A stretch of 64,000 nucleotides of DNA, taken from assembly GCF_018350175.1 (NCBI RefSeq), contig NC_058368.1, positions 70,124,001 through 70,188,000 of the forward strand, in the 5' to 3' direction. Of the stretch, positions 23,690 through 34,891 are shown one piece after another (position 1 is the first letter of the stretch; each line of letters begins with the position of its first letter). The stretch is from Felis catus (lineage: Eukaryota). The notes beneath the pieces were generated by a model. That model made no database searches, was not told the DNA's origin, and saw only the letters and a program-made list of their open reading frames with translations. A program made the translations under genes and the position numbers.

Positions 23690-24777
23690 CTAGTATAGGA
23701 AGAAACACAGGTGCAGTTAGTGGCAAAAGTGTCGTGCGGGTGCATTGTCTCGCCCACCCACTTCGCCAGGGCCACGAGGAGAACCCAGGACTTCTTGCAG
23801 TGGGAGGGAAGGAGCGGCATGCAGAGTTTTCTCTGGCAAAGGTGGAATCGTTAGAAGGGAAAAATCCACAGTGACCCGGTTTTTCCTGGCTGACTGGCAG
23901 CTCTCTTCCTCCTCTCCAGCACTGCGTATGATGCAAGCGGAATGCCTCCTGAGCGGCTTCTCACTCTACACGTGAAGGCAAGTCATGGTCAAGGGAGAAG
24001 GTCAGTATGTCATGACGCACACTGAAATGCTGGCGTCTCTACAGAACGGCACTGGAGGATAATCGTGTCAATGCCAGCCACAGAAGTACAGGTATGGTTA
24101 CAACCCTGATTTTCCACATGCCTGAGAGCTAGAAGTACATCCCTAAGCGGTTCACCTGTTTAGTGGTGCGCTTGCCTAGAACTTGAAATAACTCAGGAAA
24201 ATGGTGCCGAAGGCAAAACCAATCTACCATTGTCCCGGGTTTAAAGTCAAGCTTTATCCATTCCCACAAAGTTCCAAATAGCCTGACCCTTGATTATTTC
24301 AAGAAAAAAAAGTTAAATACGAGGAGGATGCGTTGTGTTTGGCGTACCAGTGTGAGACGGTTTTCAATAAAGCCTTACCCCTGAATCACCTATATGATGA
24401 ATTAATTTTTCTGGAGCTGGCTTTGGACTCAATACTCATTTGTATGGAAAACTGTGTATAAATGGTATTCTCTGACAGGCCATGGGCATTTTAAATGAGT
24501 GGCATTTTGATCTCCCTACCTGTCCAACCTGCCAAAACTATTTGCTCAAGGTCCTCCACTATAAACATTGCCCTCATCTGAACTCCTGGAAACAGGAATT
24601 GGGGTTTCAGGAAATGGGCTCCATCCTTAGATAATACTCTGATCATCTACTCCAGGTTAATAGACTTATTAAAAAAAAAAAGTCACACTTATTGAACACT
24701 AGAACACGAAGCAAGGTTTACTTTGTGCTAAATCCATTAGTTTTAAGAAATATTTAAGTTAGATGACAAGAAATTAC

Positions 24778-24911
24778 CTTATCCAGGGAATTGCTTTTCT
24801 CACTATTCCTTTCTGGAAGGCTGTTCCCCGAATCTGTGCTTATGAGGGATCCTCTCGAATCAGCATTTCTCACACTATTGATGTTTGGAGTTGACGTCGT
24901 ATATGGAGAAG
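24778..24911 (-). CDS. DOCK9: DOCK9 exon, 134 nt: SPYTTSTPNINSVRNADSRGSLISTDSGNSLPERNSEKSNSLDK
   Basis: TTAG acceptor, GTAATT donor, phase 1->0. Confidence 0.95.
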
Positions 24912-25075
24912 CTAAAGGGAAATTTAAGCCAAGACCAAAGATATGGTGAGACAGAACAAAATAAAGGTAAGTGCTGAACTTTAAGGGAAATTGCTTTTAT
25001 GGCCCTTGTTTCTTCTGTTAGGAAGCTGGCTCAAGCACTGCATTCAACTACCTCACCTTTAAAGAACCAGACCAT

Positions 25076-25298
25076 GGGGCGCCTGGGTGGCTCAGTCGGT
25101 TAAGCGTCTGACTTTGGCTCAGGTCATGATCTCACGGTTCGTGAGTTCGAGCCCTGCGTTGGGCTCTGTGCTGACAGCTAGGAGCCTGGAGCCTGCTTCA
25201 CATTCTGTGTCTCCCTCTCTCTCTGCCCCTTCCCTGCTTATGCTGTGTCTCTCTCTGTCTCAAAAATAAATAAACATTAAAAAAAATTAAAAAAAAAA
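25076..25298 (+). mobile_element. SINEC_Fc-type SINE
   Basis: 16-bp TSD taaagaaccagaccat (25060-25075 / 25299-25314). Confidence 0.95.
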
Positions 25299-25494
25299 TA
25301 AAGAACCAGACCATCATCTGAAACGCTCAGACGGAACCATCAGTTCCATGGCTTGTGAGAAGCCACCTCTGATTTCTTCAGGCTAAAGGAGCATTCGCGG
25401 TTTCAGAATGAGATAGAGGCTCACAAAATATATATATTAAAAAGGCAAATCCACCTGCAACTATCAAATCAAAAAACTAAACCAATTCAATAAA

Positions 25495-26255
25495 ACCACA
25501 GTATTCAAACTGTGTGCTAAGGCGACCTAAGAAACTCAGAGGGGTGTCTGGGGATATTTTACATTTTCAAGAAAAACACAGTGATACATGACATCTGCTG
25601 AAACTGTAGTTTCCATGTTAGATTGTGCTACATTCCTTTCGATGATGTCGTGTCTTTGTGAAGCTAGGTATTTGGCGGCTGCTGTGATTAAAAGCAAGTA
25701 CTGGGTGAAAAATCACTGTGGACCAGGAACGTGAAGATGGTGGTGAGCAGTCTGATTCCAGCTGAGAAACTGGCCAGTGCCTACCAGGCATACACAATCC
25801 CATTAGTAATGGCTGTGGTGTGGTTATTAAAATTAAAATGATTTTCCTTTAAATTTATGTATTTTTCAAATGCCTACTAAGTTGTTCAGATATGAGAACT
25901 TATTAGGTTATTTTGGGGCACCTGAGTGGCTCAGTCAGTTAAGCATCTGACTCTTGGTTTTGGCTCACATCATGATCTCACAGTTTGTGAGATCGAGTCC
26001 TGCACAGGACTCGGTGCTGACAGTGTGGAGCCTGTTTGGGACTCTCGCTCTTTCCCTTACTCTGCCCCTCCCAGCTCATGTTCTCTCTCAAAATAAATAA
26101 ATAAACATTAAAAAAAAAACCCTTTTAGGTTTTTTTGGCTGTAAGCACCTTATCAACAGAAGTGCTGGGTATTTCATTCTGGCCTGGGGACTCCATAGAA
26201 AACTCACTGTGACAGTAAGCATGCTGCAAACTGAGAATGGTTGGGAATCTCTGCA
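25495..26255. mobile_element. Possible hAT-Charlie-type DNA transposon fossil interrupted by a SINE
   Basis: Charlie-like ends (cagtattcaaactg ... ggttgggaatctctg); subfamily not assigned. Confidence 0.45.
25915..26119 (+). mobile_element. Carnivore SINE (SINEC)
   Basis: Head, A tail; degenerate TSD ttaggtt.ttttgg. Confidence 0.92.
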
Positions 26256-27062
26256 ACAGTTACGAGCAGAAATGAAATTTAACTTAGAAGTAAAATTTGT
26301 GACATCCGTGAAAAAATAGCATTTGAAGGCAGAAATCAGCCCCTACACCTCATTACTATGGAATTTTTAAAAGTAATGGATGGACTTCCTGCTTAGATAA
26401 GATTTAAGTACCTCACTCATATAATTTAAAACGACTGTCAAACTTCCACATTCGTGCTGAACCCAAACGGCCTGGCTGGTTGTGCACACTGCATGAGCGA
26501 GCACAGCCTCCCACACCCAGGCTGAAGATGCCATTCCCTAACGCTAGGAACAGGCCGGGGTTTTCAGATTTCCAGATGCAAATGAGCTGCCGGAATGAGC
26601 TGCTTCTAAGTTAATCCCGCCCTTCACCTGACACTACAGCCATCCCTGAAACTGACTCAGCATATTAAAATTAAGAAAAGAGCCAGGGGAATTGGAACAT
26701 GCAAGCGATGGCTGGAATATGTAAACCATTGGCCCCCCGCTGCCCCATCCCAGAGCAGAAGCTGTGTGATTGACTGTCATGGGGAAAAGGCAAAAATCTA
26801 TGAAAAATCTAGAGCCTTTTTCTATACTTAGAGATAAAACACACATTATGACTGAATTTTAATTATAGTCCTCTTAATATAACCAGGCTTCATATTTAAT
26901 GTAGAACATAATGATCATGAGAAAGAGGTCCTCAGTAAAGCAAAATTAGACTCTAAATTCCCAGAGTTTTAGGATCGGTTCCAAAAACGGAGTCCTAATC
27001 TAAGGCAAACAGATGGAAATGCAATAAATCAAAATCAGCATGCTTAGTAGAACTATGTTCCC

Positions 27063-27064
<2 letters not shown>

Positions 27065-27105
<41 letters not shown>
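27065..27105. repeat. (TG)20 microsatellite
   Basis: Read directly. Confidence 0.96.
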
Positions 27106-27107
<2 letters not shown>

Positions 27108-27262
27108 AATATCTCAGTCCAGTGCATAACCTTTAAAAACCTTAAACAACATGTAAGTGAAATGGAAAGAAGTTTAATTCACCTCTGTCTTCTTTGTACA
27201 GACAGCCCAGTGCAAAACACTGAGTAGATGGAAAAAGAAACCCTGAGTCTAAGAGGCGTGTC

Positions 27263-27455
27263 TTTTATTTTATTTTTAAAATTTTAATTTTTTTAGAGTG
27301 TGCAAGTGGGGGAGGGGCAAAGGGAGAGACAGAATCTCAAGCAGACTCCACGCCCAGTGCAGAATCTGACGAGGTACTTGATCGCACAACCATGAGATCA
27401 TGACCTGAGCCAAAATCAGGTCAGATGCTCAACTGACTGAGCCACCCAGGCACCC
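27263..27455 (-). mobile_element. Carnivore SINE (SINEC)
   Basis: Poly-T, reverse head. Confidence 0.92.
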
Positions 27456-28635
27456 AGAGAATGTGTACCTTTTAAAGCAAATGTAATCTCAGAGCAGTTT
27501 TCATCCAGGCAATGAATCCGTTCTAGAAATCTTCACACACCACATTCCCAAGGCATTTAAAAACAACTGCGGAAGGTGCTTTCTCAAGGATTTCTACTAA
27601 ATAGAGATGTAAGGAGAAAGTCTGCTCTCAAAGGATAGGTACTAGTACTAAAGTTAACTGGAAACTCCTTGAAGAATAAGAGTTGCTCAAGCTACCAGAA
27701 AACAATTAGCAAACTCAGTTCAAAGGTGGGGGCTTTTCTGGAAGGCATTCCTATAAGGAACAAAGATTTAAGTATTTAAAGATGGGGGTAATAGACATGA
27801 AGCTTGAGTATAAGTAAGTCTGTTATGGTGAATTGCTATGAAAAGTGGATTCAGATCTTTAAATTTAAGAAAGAGAAAGGGATTAAATTAGTCTCAAATA
27901 CTTTTCACAACTTCATCATGAACACAGAGCAACTGGAGGTCATTAATGCCATTTGAGTCTTGCTAATGATGCCCAATGGCTCATTTTTACATTCTCAAGG
28001 CATCCCACACCCTAACAAGGTGAATACGGAATTGGAGAATAAATGCAGAGTCAAAGCATCACTTCATTCGAATTTGGTCATTTCCATAAAGTCTTGAATC
28101 CTACAGAGTACTGGTCAAGGAGGTAAGATTTCAACACATTCCTGGGCCCCGAGAGTCCTGAAACTGGCTACTGAGAGTATATCCCAAAGCGTGCATGACA
28201 CTGAAGAAATGTGTTCGTTATAATGCAGGCAGATGACAACACCGAGTGTCACCATGCTGAGCACTGTGCACATCTATGAGCTTCCCAACCCTCGCCGCGA
28301 CTCTGTTGATGTGGACACTGATGGTGAAGAGGAGAGACACAGTGCCCAGGGCAATTAGTAAATGACAGAGTATGGATCCAAAACCGCCTCTGTGTGACTT
28401 TAAAGCCAGTGCTGTGAACTCTTGCAGACCAAATCTTCCCAGGAAAGACCCTTTCCGGCTCCTGAAGCAGTGGCTGGTGTGTGGGCAGAACAGGGCGAAG
28501 AAGACAGAGTGAAGGCCCCAGGAGAGAGGCAAGTGCAAACATCACATGCCAGTCTCTATTCTGAGCATTCTGCATGAATTAACTCATTTAATCTTTATGA
28601 CACCTAATGAGACAGCTATAACTATGAAAAATATA

Positions 28636-28852
28636 GGGCACCTGCGTGGCTCAGTCGGTTAAACGCCTGATGTCAGCCCAGGTCATGATCTTACAGTTTG
28701 TGAGTTCGAGCCCCACGTTGGACTCTGTGCTGACAGCTCAGAGCCTGGAGCCTGCTTCAGATTCTGTGTCTCCCTCTCTCTCTCTGCCCCTCCCCTGCTC
28801 GCTCTCTGTGTCTCTCTCTCAAAAATAAAATAAACATCAAAAAAATTAAAAA
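28636..28852 (+). mobile_element. SINEC_Fc-type SINE
   Basis: Head, CT tract, A tail. Confidence 0.95.
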
Positions 28853-28985
28853 TACATACATAAGCATAAATAAGATTAAGGGTTGGGTACTGTAGGATAA
28901 ATCTGGGCATGGTGTGGGGTTTCTGACTTTATGTTCTGCTCAGTTTCATCATCTACATGAAACAGCATCTTCACATCAAACACAA

Positions 28986-29189
28986 GGGCGCCTGGGTGGC
29001 TCAGTCAGTTGAATGACTCTTGATTTCAGCTCAGGTCATGATCTCGAGGTTCATGGGATTGAGCCCCGAGTCGGGCTCTGCGCTGACAGCACCGGGCCTG
29101 CTCGGATTCTCTCTCTCTCCCTCTCTCTCTGCCCCTCCCCTTCTCTCTCTCTCTCAAAATAAATAAATAATTTTTTTTTTTTTAAAAAA
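28986..29189 (+). mobile_element. Carnivore SINE (SINEC)
   Basis: Head, CT tract, tail. Confidence 0.93.
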
Positions 29190-29489
29190 GATCAACACAA
29201 AAGGTAAAGACATAAATTTAGAATGAACTACACTCCTGAAAATTAATTTGCTGAGAGGACTGCCCTTTATTCTGTCCTGTGAGTTAATTCCATTCCTGGG
29301 TGTTCCCAGCACTGGTCACGGCAGGATGCTTTATTGATTCAAAGCGTAGTGAAAGAGAGAAATGAAGACGGAATAAAGTGATTATCCGTGACAATGCTAC
29401 GAAGACACATCTATGTTTCGTAACATCTTTAGGAAGGGGTTGGTGCAGGTGCTCAGTTAGTCAGAGTTTTAATAAGTACATTTCTCAGG

Positions 29490-29771
29490 GACAAAACAGA
29501 AGAACATAAGGGAGGGGAAACAAAAATAATATAAAAACAGGGAGGGGGACAAAACATAAGAGACTCATATATATGGAGAACAAACTGAGGATTACTGGAG
29601 GGGTTGGGGGAGGGGGGATGGGCTGAATGGGTAAGGGGCACTAAGGAATCTACTCCTGAAATCACTGTTGCACTATATGCTAATTTGGATGTAAATTATA
29701 AAAAAAAAATAATAAAATAAAAAACCTATATACAAAAAAGAAAACAACGTATACAGTGAATAAATAAAAAA
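29490..29771 (+). mobile_element. 5'-truncated feline L1 3' end with a double A-tail
   Basis: 19-bp TSD aataagtacatttctcagg (29471-29489 / 29772-29790). Confidence 0.92.
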
Positions 29772-30084
29772 AATAAGTACATTTCTCAGGTATTTTCTTA
29801 CACAGAACTACTCAGTTTGAATCTCGATCTATCCCAGCTGCTTTCTTCTCCATGGAAATGGCTCTTACAATATGTCAGAGAGAAAATAATTTTCTAGGAA
29901 CGATTTTAGAAAACTGATTTTAGAACTGCATTCTCACCAGAGACCACTATCTCCTCAGTAATTATTCTATCATAGTTCATCAAAATCACTATCACCACAA
30001 ATAAATCCTACCCACAGCACCACCACCCCCCCACATCTGCAAAGATCCTCCTTTTCTAGAAACATAATCCAATTTGAAAGTTTT

Positions 30085-30317
30085 AAGTTTTTGTTTTTTG
30101 GGTTTTTTTTTGAGACAGAGACAGTGGGAGTTGGGTGAGGGGCGGGGGGGGGGGGGGTGGGCAGCAGAGAGAAAGAGAAAGAGAAAATCCCAAGCAGGCT
30201 CCAGTGCTGCCAGAACAGAGCCCCATACGGGGCTCGAACCCACAAAACCAGGAGATCATGACCTGAGCCAAAAACCAAGAGTCGGATCCTTAACTGACTG
30301 AGCCACCCAGGTGCCCC
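30085..30317 (-). mobile_element. Carnivore SINE with an expanded G run (30139-30161)
   Basis: TSD tgaaagtttt. Confidence 0.92.
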
Positions 30318-30605
30318 TGAAAGTTTTGAATGATAACTTAAGCATTAACAAAAACAAAAAGCAAACAGCACAGATATGTGATTATGTATACTGAATTTGC
30401 AGTGCAGGAGAATTTGGAGGGTCTGTATTTCAGTGTAGAGTGGAGGGGTTTCATTCATTAAATATTAAAACCAGAAGAAGAACATTCAAGGGAGAAACTC
30501 AGACTTTAAGGTTCTAATTTGAAAGTCGGAGTGGCTCCCACACTGCAGGATGAAGGCGCTTTCAGAATGAGACCAGGGAGAAGCAAACAGAGTACGAAAC
30601 GTTAC

Positions 30606-30726
30606 CGATGCCAGAGATGGCGCCAAACAGGTCCTTGTGCAGGCTGTTGTCCAGAGCGATCCCAGGCTTCTGCGGAGTCACCAGCGGGTTCGCAGCTGGC
30701 AGCGGAAGCGATTCCTCCTTCACAGT
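30606..30726 (-). CDS. DOCK9: DOCK9 exon, 121 nt: TVKEESLPLPAANPLVTPQKPGIALDNSLHKDLFGAISGI(A)
   Basis: GCAG acceptor, GTAACG donor, phase 0->1. Confidence 0.94.
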
Positions 30727-31739
30727 CTGCCCAAGGGGAGAGGGAAAAGAAATAGTTGAAGAGGACGTTAGAAGAGTCGTTGGCTGCTCTTGGAAGTGTG
30801 AAGGCACATGCCAGCAGGGGACACGTGGCCGAGACGGACACGCTGCGTGGGAGAAGCAGGTGCACCGCGTGCAGCGGAGGGAGGAGGTTGGCAGAGGCAG
30901 CAGACCAGGCACGAAACTGGGGACAGCGCAGCCTCGGCCCGTAAAGTCACTATTTGTTTCCCCAAAATGTCTAGCACGTTCCTTTCCAGACCTCCGATGC
31001 CCAACATTTCTTTAGATTGTTGTGGAATGTTACTTCCTCAGGGAAAAAAGCCTCACATGCCCCTTCTAACTGGAACATGGGAAATCCTCCCAAATGAGCA
31101 GCACTGGAAAGCTCTGCAAGCTTGCAGCTTCGTGTGAACTCCCAGTCAGTGGACGAATTATGTTAATTTTGAAGTCATGTGATAAAAGGGATTTTACTGA
31201 TTTTCTCAGGATTGAAGCAGTACAGAGAGATAGCATTATACCCTGAGTGACTTATCCAGATCAGAAAAGCAGACAGATTCAGAGGATGCATGTGTGAATA
31301 CAATGTTGTACATACAGCGTGAGATTAGTGCGGGGCATTTTATTTAAGGACAGTGCCCTTTGGAACTACAGAACCCATTCTACACATACGGGGTATCTCA
31401 GCATGCCTTGATTTAGGAGATGTGTCCAGAAGAGGACAGACAGTATAAAAAATGGGATGGTGCAGCACTGGGAGGGGAAAGGGACAGAAACACACACGAC
31501 AATTCCCCCAGGGTATGCCATAATCACAAAGTGGCAAGACTAACACCTGAGCCAGTTCATGGGTCCAGAATAAAAGCGAAAAGAAGATCGTTGCACTGGT
31601 AGTATGTGTGCAAATGAATGGTAGACAGTCCCCAATCCAAACATTTTGAGATCATCTCTGGGATCATCCTTCAATCAACTTAATTTCCAGTACATCTTCC
31701 AATGACTGCATGAGGATAATATAAATTAAGATGCCTGTA

Positions 31740-31967
31740 GGGGCGCCTGGGTGGTGCAGTCGGTTAAGCGTCCGACTTCAGCCAGGTCACGATCTCGCGG
31801 TCCGTGAGTTTGAGCCCCGCGTCGGGCTCTGGGCTGATGGCTCAGAGCCTGGAGCCTGTTTCCGATTCTGTGTCTCCCTCTCTCTCTGCCCCTCCCCCGT
31901 TCATGCTCTGTCTCTCTCTGTCCCAAAAATAAATAAACGTTGAAAAAAAAATTAAAAAAAAAAAAAA
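31740..31967 (+). mobile_element. Young CpG-rich SINEC_Fc
   Basis: TSD aagatgcctgt, long A tail. Confidence 0.96.
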
Positions 31968-32351
31968 AAGATGCCTGTTCTTGGAGGTGGGGCCTTGTAT
32001 CACTCAGGTTGGCCTCCCTGACATCTAGTCTGACTTTCTAATTTTACAGACACTGAGAAACTCTAGCCCCAAGACGTGGCTTTTCCACGACTTGTTAGCA
32101 TGTTACTATCAGAATTAGGGCTACTAGCGCTGAGCTCTCATAGTACACAGGTTAGAACTATGCTTTTTTTCTTTTAACCTCCTCTCCCCATAAATTTTTG
32201 TTGAATACACAGTGAAGGTCCTTATATCTTACAAGATATGGTCCAGCAGGAAAGCATGGTTTGAATAATGATTTTCAACCTAACAGTTGAAGGTTAATAG
32301 ACTGGCTCCATCTTAGCCAGAAATGCAATTAAACAAGAGTACTATGGACTA

Positions 32352-32818
32352 TTATGGTTTGGGTGGAGGGAAAAAAAAAAAAAGAATGGATGTGTCCCCT
32401 GCAAATTCATACCCGCCCAGAACCTCGGAATGTGACCTTATTTGTAGATGTGATGAAGATGGAAGGTAAAATGAAGTCATCCTGGATTAGGAGGCCTATA
32501 TCCAATTACTGTGAGAAAAGAAGAGGACATCAGAGACCCAGATACACGCCAGGGGGGAGGCCCTGTGAAGGTGGAGGCCGAGACTGTAACAACGTGGCCA
32601 CAAGCCAAAGAACGCAAGGATTTGGGGCAACCACTGGAAGCTGTGAGAGAGGCATGGAACAGACGTTTCACACGGAGCCTCCAGAAGGGACCAATCCTGC
32701 GGATACCTTGATTTCGGACTTCTGGCCTCCTGACTGTGAAAGAATGAAGTTCTGTTGTTTTTGGCCACCCAGTTCGTGTGACTTGGTTAGGGCAGCCACA
32801 GGGACGAATGCAGACTGT
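32352..32818 (+). mobile_element. MaLR (MLT1-type) solo LTR ending about 25 nt from an exon donor
   Basis: gaacctcggaatgtgaccttattt ... accttgatttcggacttctggcctcctgactgtgaaagaat. Confidence 0.85.
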
Positions 32819-32842
32819 ACCTAGATGTATGTGCTTACGTAC

Positions 32843-32956
32843 ACTGCCGGGGTTCACGGGGAAGGGTGACACATCCCTCACGTTGATCCGCTGCACGTTC
32901 TCGATTAGCAGACCAAACAGAGGCAGGTAGAGAGTGGCTATCCTTGCTTGATGGCT
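32843..32956 (-). CDS. DOCK9: DOCK9 exon, 114 nt: SHQARIATLYLPLFGLLIENVQRINVRDVSPFPVNPGS
   Basis: TCAG acceptor; in-frame donor AGT|GTACGT, phase 0->0. Confidence 0.93.
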
Positions 32957-33199
32957 CTGAAACAAAGGCACACAGTGCAAGTTTACCCCAAGGCTCTGAG
33001 AATTTCACGACGGACCAAGCTGGCACTGGCCACCTCCTGTATTCGGATCCTTGCTATGAAGACTATTAGATTTTACTGTGTAAACAGCGAAGGGTCTTAG
33101 TGAGGTTACCGCTAATTTTCTAATTGGTTACTTTCTCTGTAATACTTAAAATGAAGGACATTTACCAATCCATATTTCCTTCCACTGGGGTCCACTCAC

Positions 33200-33378
33200 C
33201 CTCGAAGCATATCTGTCATCAAAAGAATGCTTTATCAGCAGGTTCTTGAGCACGCTGATGGCAATCAGTCGGACCTCCCTAAACTCTTGGAGGGCGGTCC
33301 CCACCTCCCTCAGCAACAGCCCCACCAAGAAGTGGTTTCTACAGAACTCGTCTGTTAATGAGTAGTCAAGCTGGAGAT
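33200..33378 (-). CDS. DOCK9: DOCK9 exon, 179 nt: LQLDYSLTDEFCRNHFLVGLLLREVG...HSFDDRYASR
   Basis: TCAG acceptor, GTGAGT donor, phase 1->0. Confidence 0.96.
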
Positions 33379-33545
33379 CTGAAATGAGGGACAGAAACTG
33401 CTTTAGTTCCAGAGGCTATAATGCACTTTGAATAAAACAAGCCAAATCCACCCTCTGCATTTAGCCCACCCTGTGTGTCAACAGATGATTAAACTTAACT
33501 TCACTCGGGAAAAGGTGGATTATCTAAAATACTGCTCTAATTCCT

Positions 33546-33730
33546 GGGGCTCCTGGGTGGCTCAGGTCATGATCTCACAGTTTGTGAGATCGAGCCCCGG
33601 TCGGTCTCTGTGCTGACAGCTCAGAGCCAGGAGACTGTTTCGTATTCTCTATCTCCCTCTCTCTCTGTCCCTCCCCTACTTGCCCTCTGTCTCTCCCTCC
33701 CTCTCAAAGATAAATTAACTTTAAAAAAAA
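33546..33730 (+). mobile_element. SINEC with an internal head deletion
   Basis: TSD atactgctcta. Confidence 0.92.
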
Positions 33731-34366
33731 CATACTGCTCTAGTTATCACATCAAACTCTTAAACAAAATTTAAATACAGATAATTGTACTGGACTTTGA
33801 TTTTAGAAGATGTTACATCTTGCATAAATATTAAGTTAGTGAATAGTTGTAGTACTAATTTTTGGAATACACAACATGTTATACTACAAATGAAATTTGG
33901 TTATTGATATGAAATAGAAAATAAAGTTATTGTCTAACTGACATTATGGAGAAGTAATTTGTACCTAACAAACATGTCACTAGAGAAAGAATAAATACAC
34001 ATAGTCTATTAAAATATTTGTTCTTTACTACTTGAGTTCATCAATCCATTTTCTGGTTATTAAAGCCTATATACTCTCATTAAAACCCAATGTGTTTAAA
34101 AAGAACATGTTAGCATATAACCTATTTATTCTGCTATCACTGAATGAAGAACTTCCTTAACATAGAATTTTTAAAAATTTACTCAGTACTTCTACACCTC
34201 TATAAGTAAGTTTAAAAAACTAATATAAACTAAAACTGAAATACACAAAGCACCAAGCTAAACTAGTAAGTCATCAGCAAGGTAAGTGATAAAACTGGTA
34301 TCTCTTATGGAGAACAAATAGAAGGAAATGTGAAATCTACTGAAGGAGGGTAAATAAAAGCAACTC

Positions 34367-34583
34367 AGGGGCACCTGGGGGCTCAGTCGGTTGGGTGGCC
34401 GACTTCGGCTCAGGTCATGACCTCACAGTCCGTGAGTTCGAGCCCTGCATCGGGCTCTGTGCTGAGAGCTCAGAGCCTGGAGCCTGCTTCAGATTCTGTG
34501 TCTCCCTCTCTTTCTGCTCCTCCCCTGCTCACTCTGTCTCTCTCTCTTAAAAATAAACATTAAAATAAAAAAAAAAATTAAAA
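34367..34583 (+). mobile_element. SINEC_Fc-type SINE
   Basis: Head, CT tract, A tail. Confidence 0.95.
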
Positions 34584-34652
34584 AGGCGACTACACATCAC
34601 TCTCAAGTTGAAATACACCTTTCAGTAAGCTGTAGCTAGAATCTCAATTCTT

Positions 34653-34891
34653 TTTTTTATTTTTTATTTTTTTTTATTTATTTTTTTATTTTTATTTTTG
34701 GGACAGAGAGAGACAGAGCATGAACGGGGGATGGGCAGAGAGAGAGGGAGACACAGAATCGGAAACAGGCTCTAGGCTTGAGCCATCAGCCCAGAGCCTG
34801 ACGCGGGGCTCGAACTCACGGACCGCGAGATTGTGACCTGGCTGAAGTCGGACGCTTAACCGCTTAACCGACTGCGCCATCCAGGCGCCCC
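34653..34891 (-). mobile_element. Young SINEC_Fc with an 8-nt internal duplication (cgcttaac x2)
   Basis: 16-bp TSD tagaatctcaattctt (34637-34652 / 34892-34907). Confidence 0.96.

Noticed and set aside
30608..31137. Plus-strand ORFs opposite a DOCK9 exon
   Set aside because: Antisense shadows of a GC-rich exon and its flank.
32354..32824. 156-aa plus-strand ORF
   Set aside because: Coincides with an MLT1 LTR.
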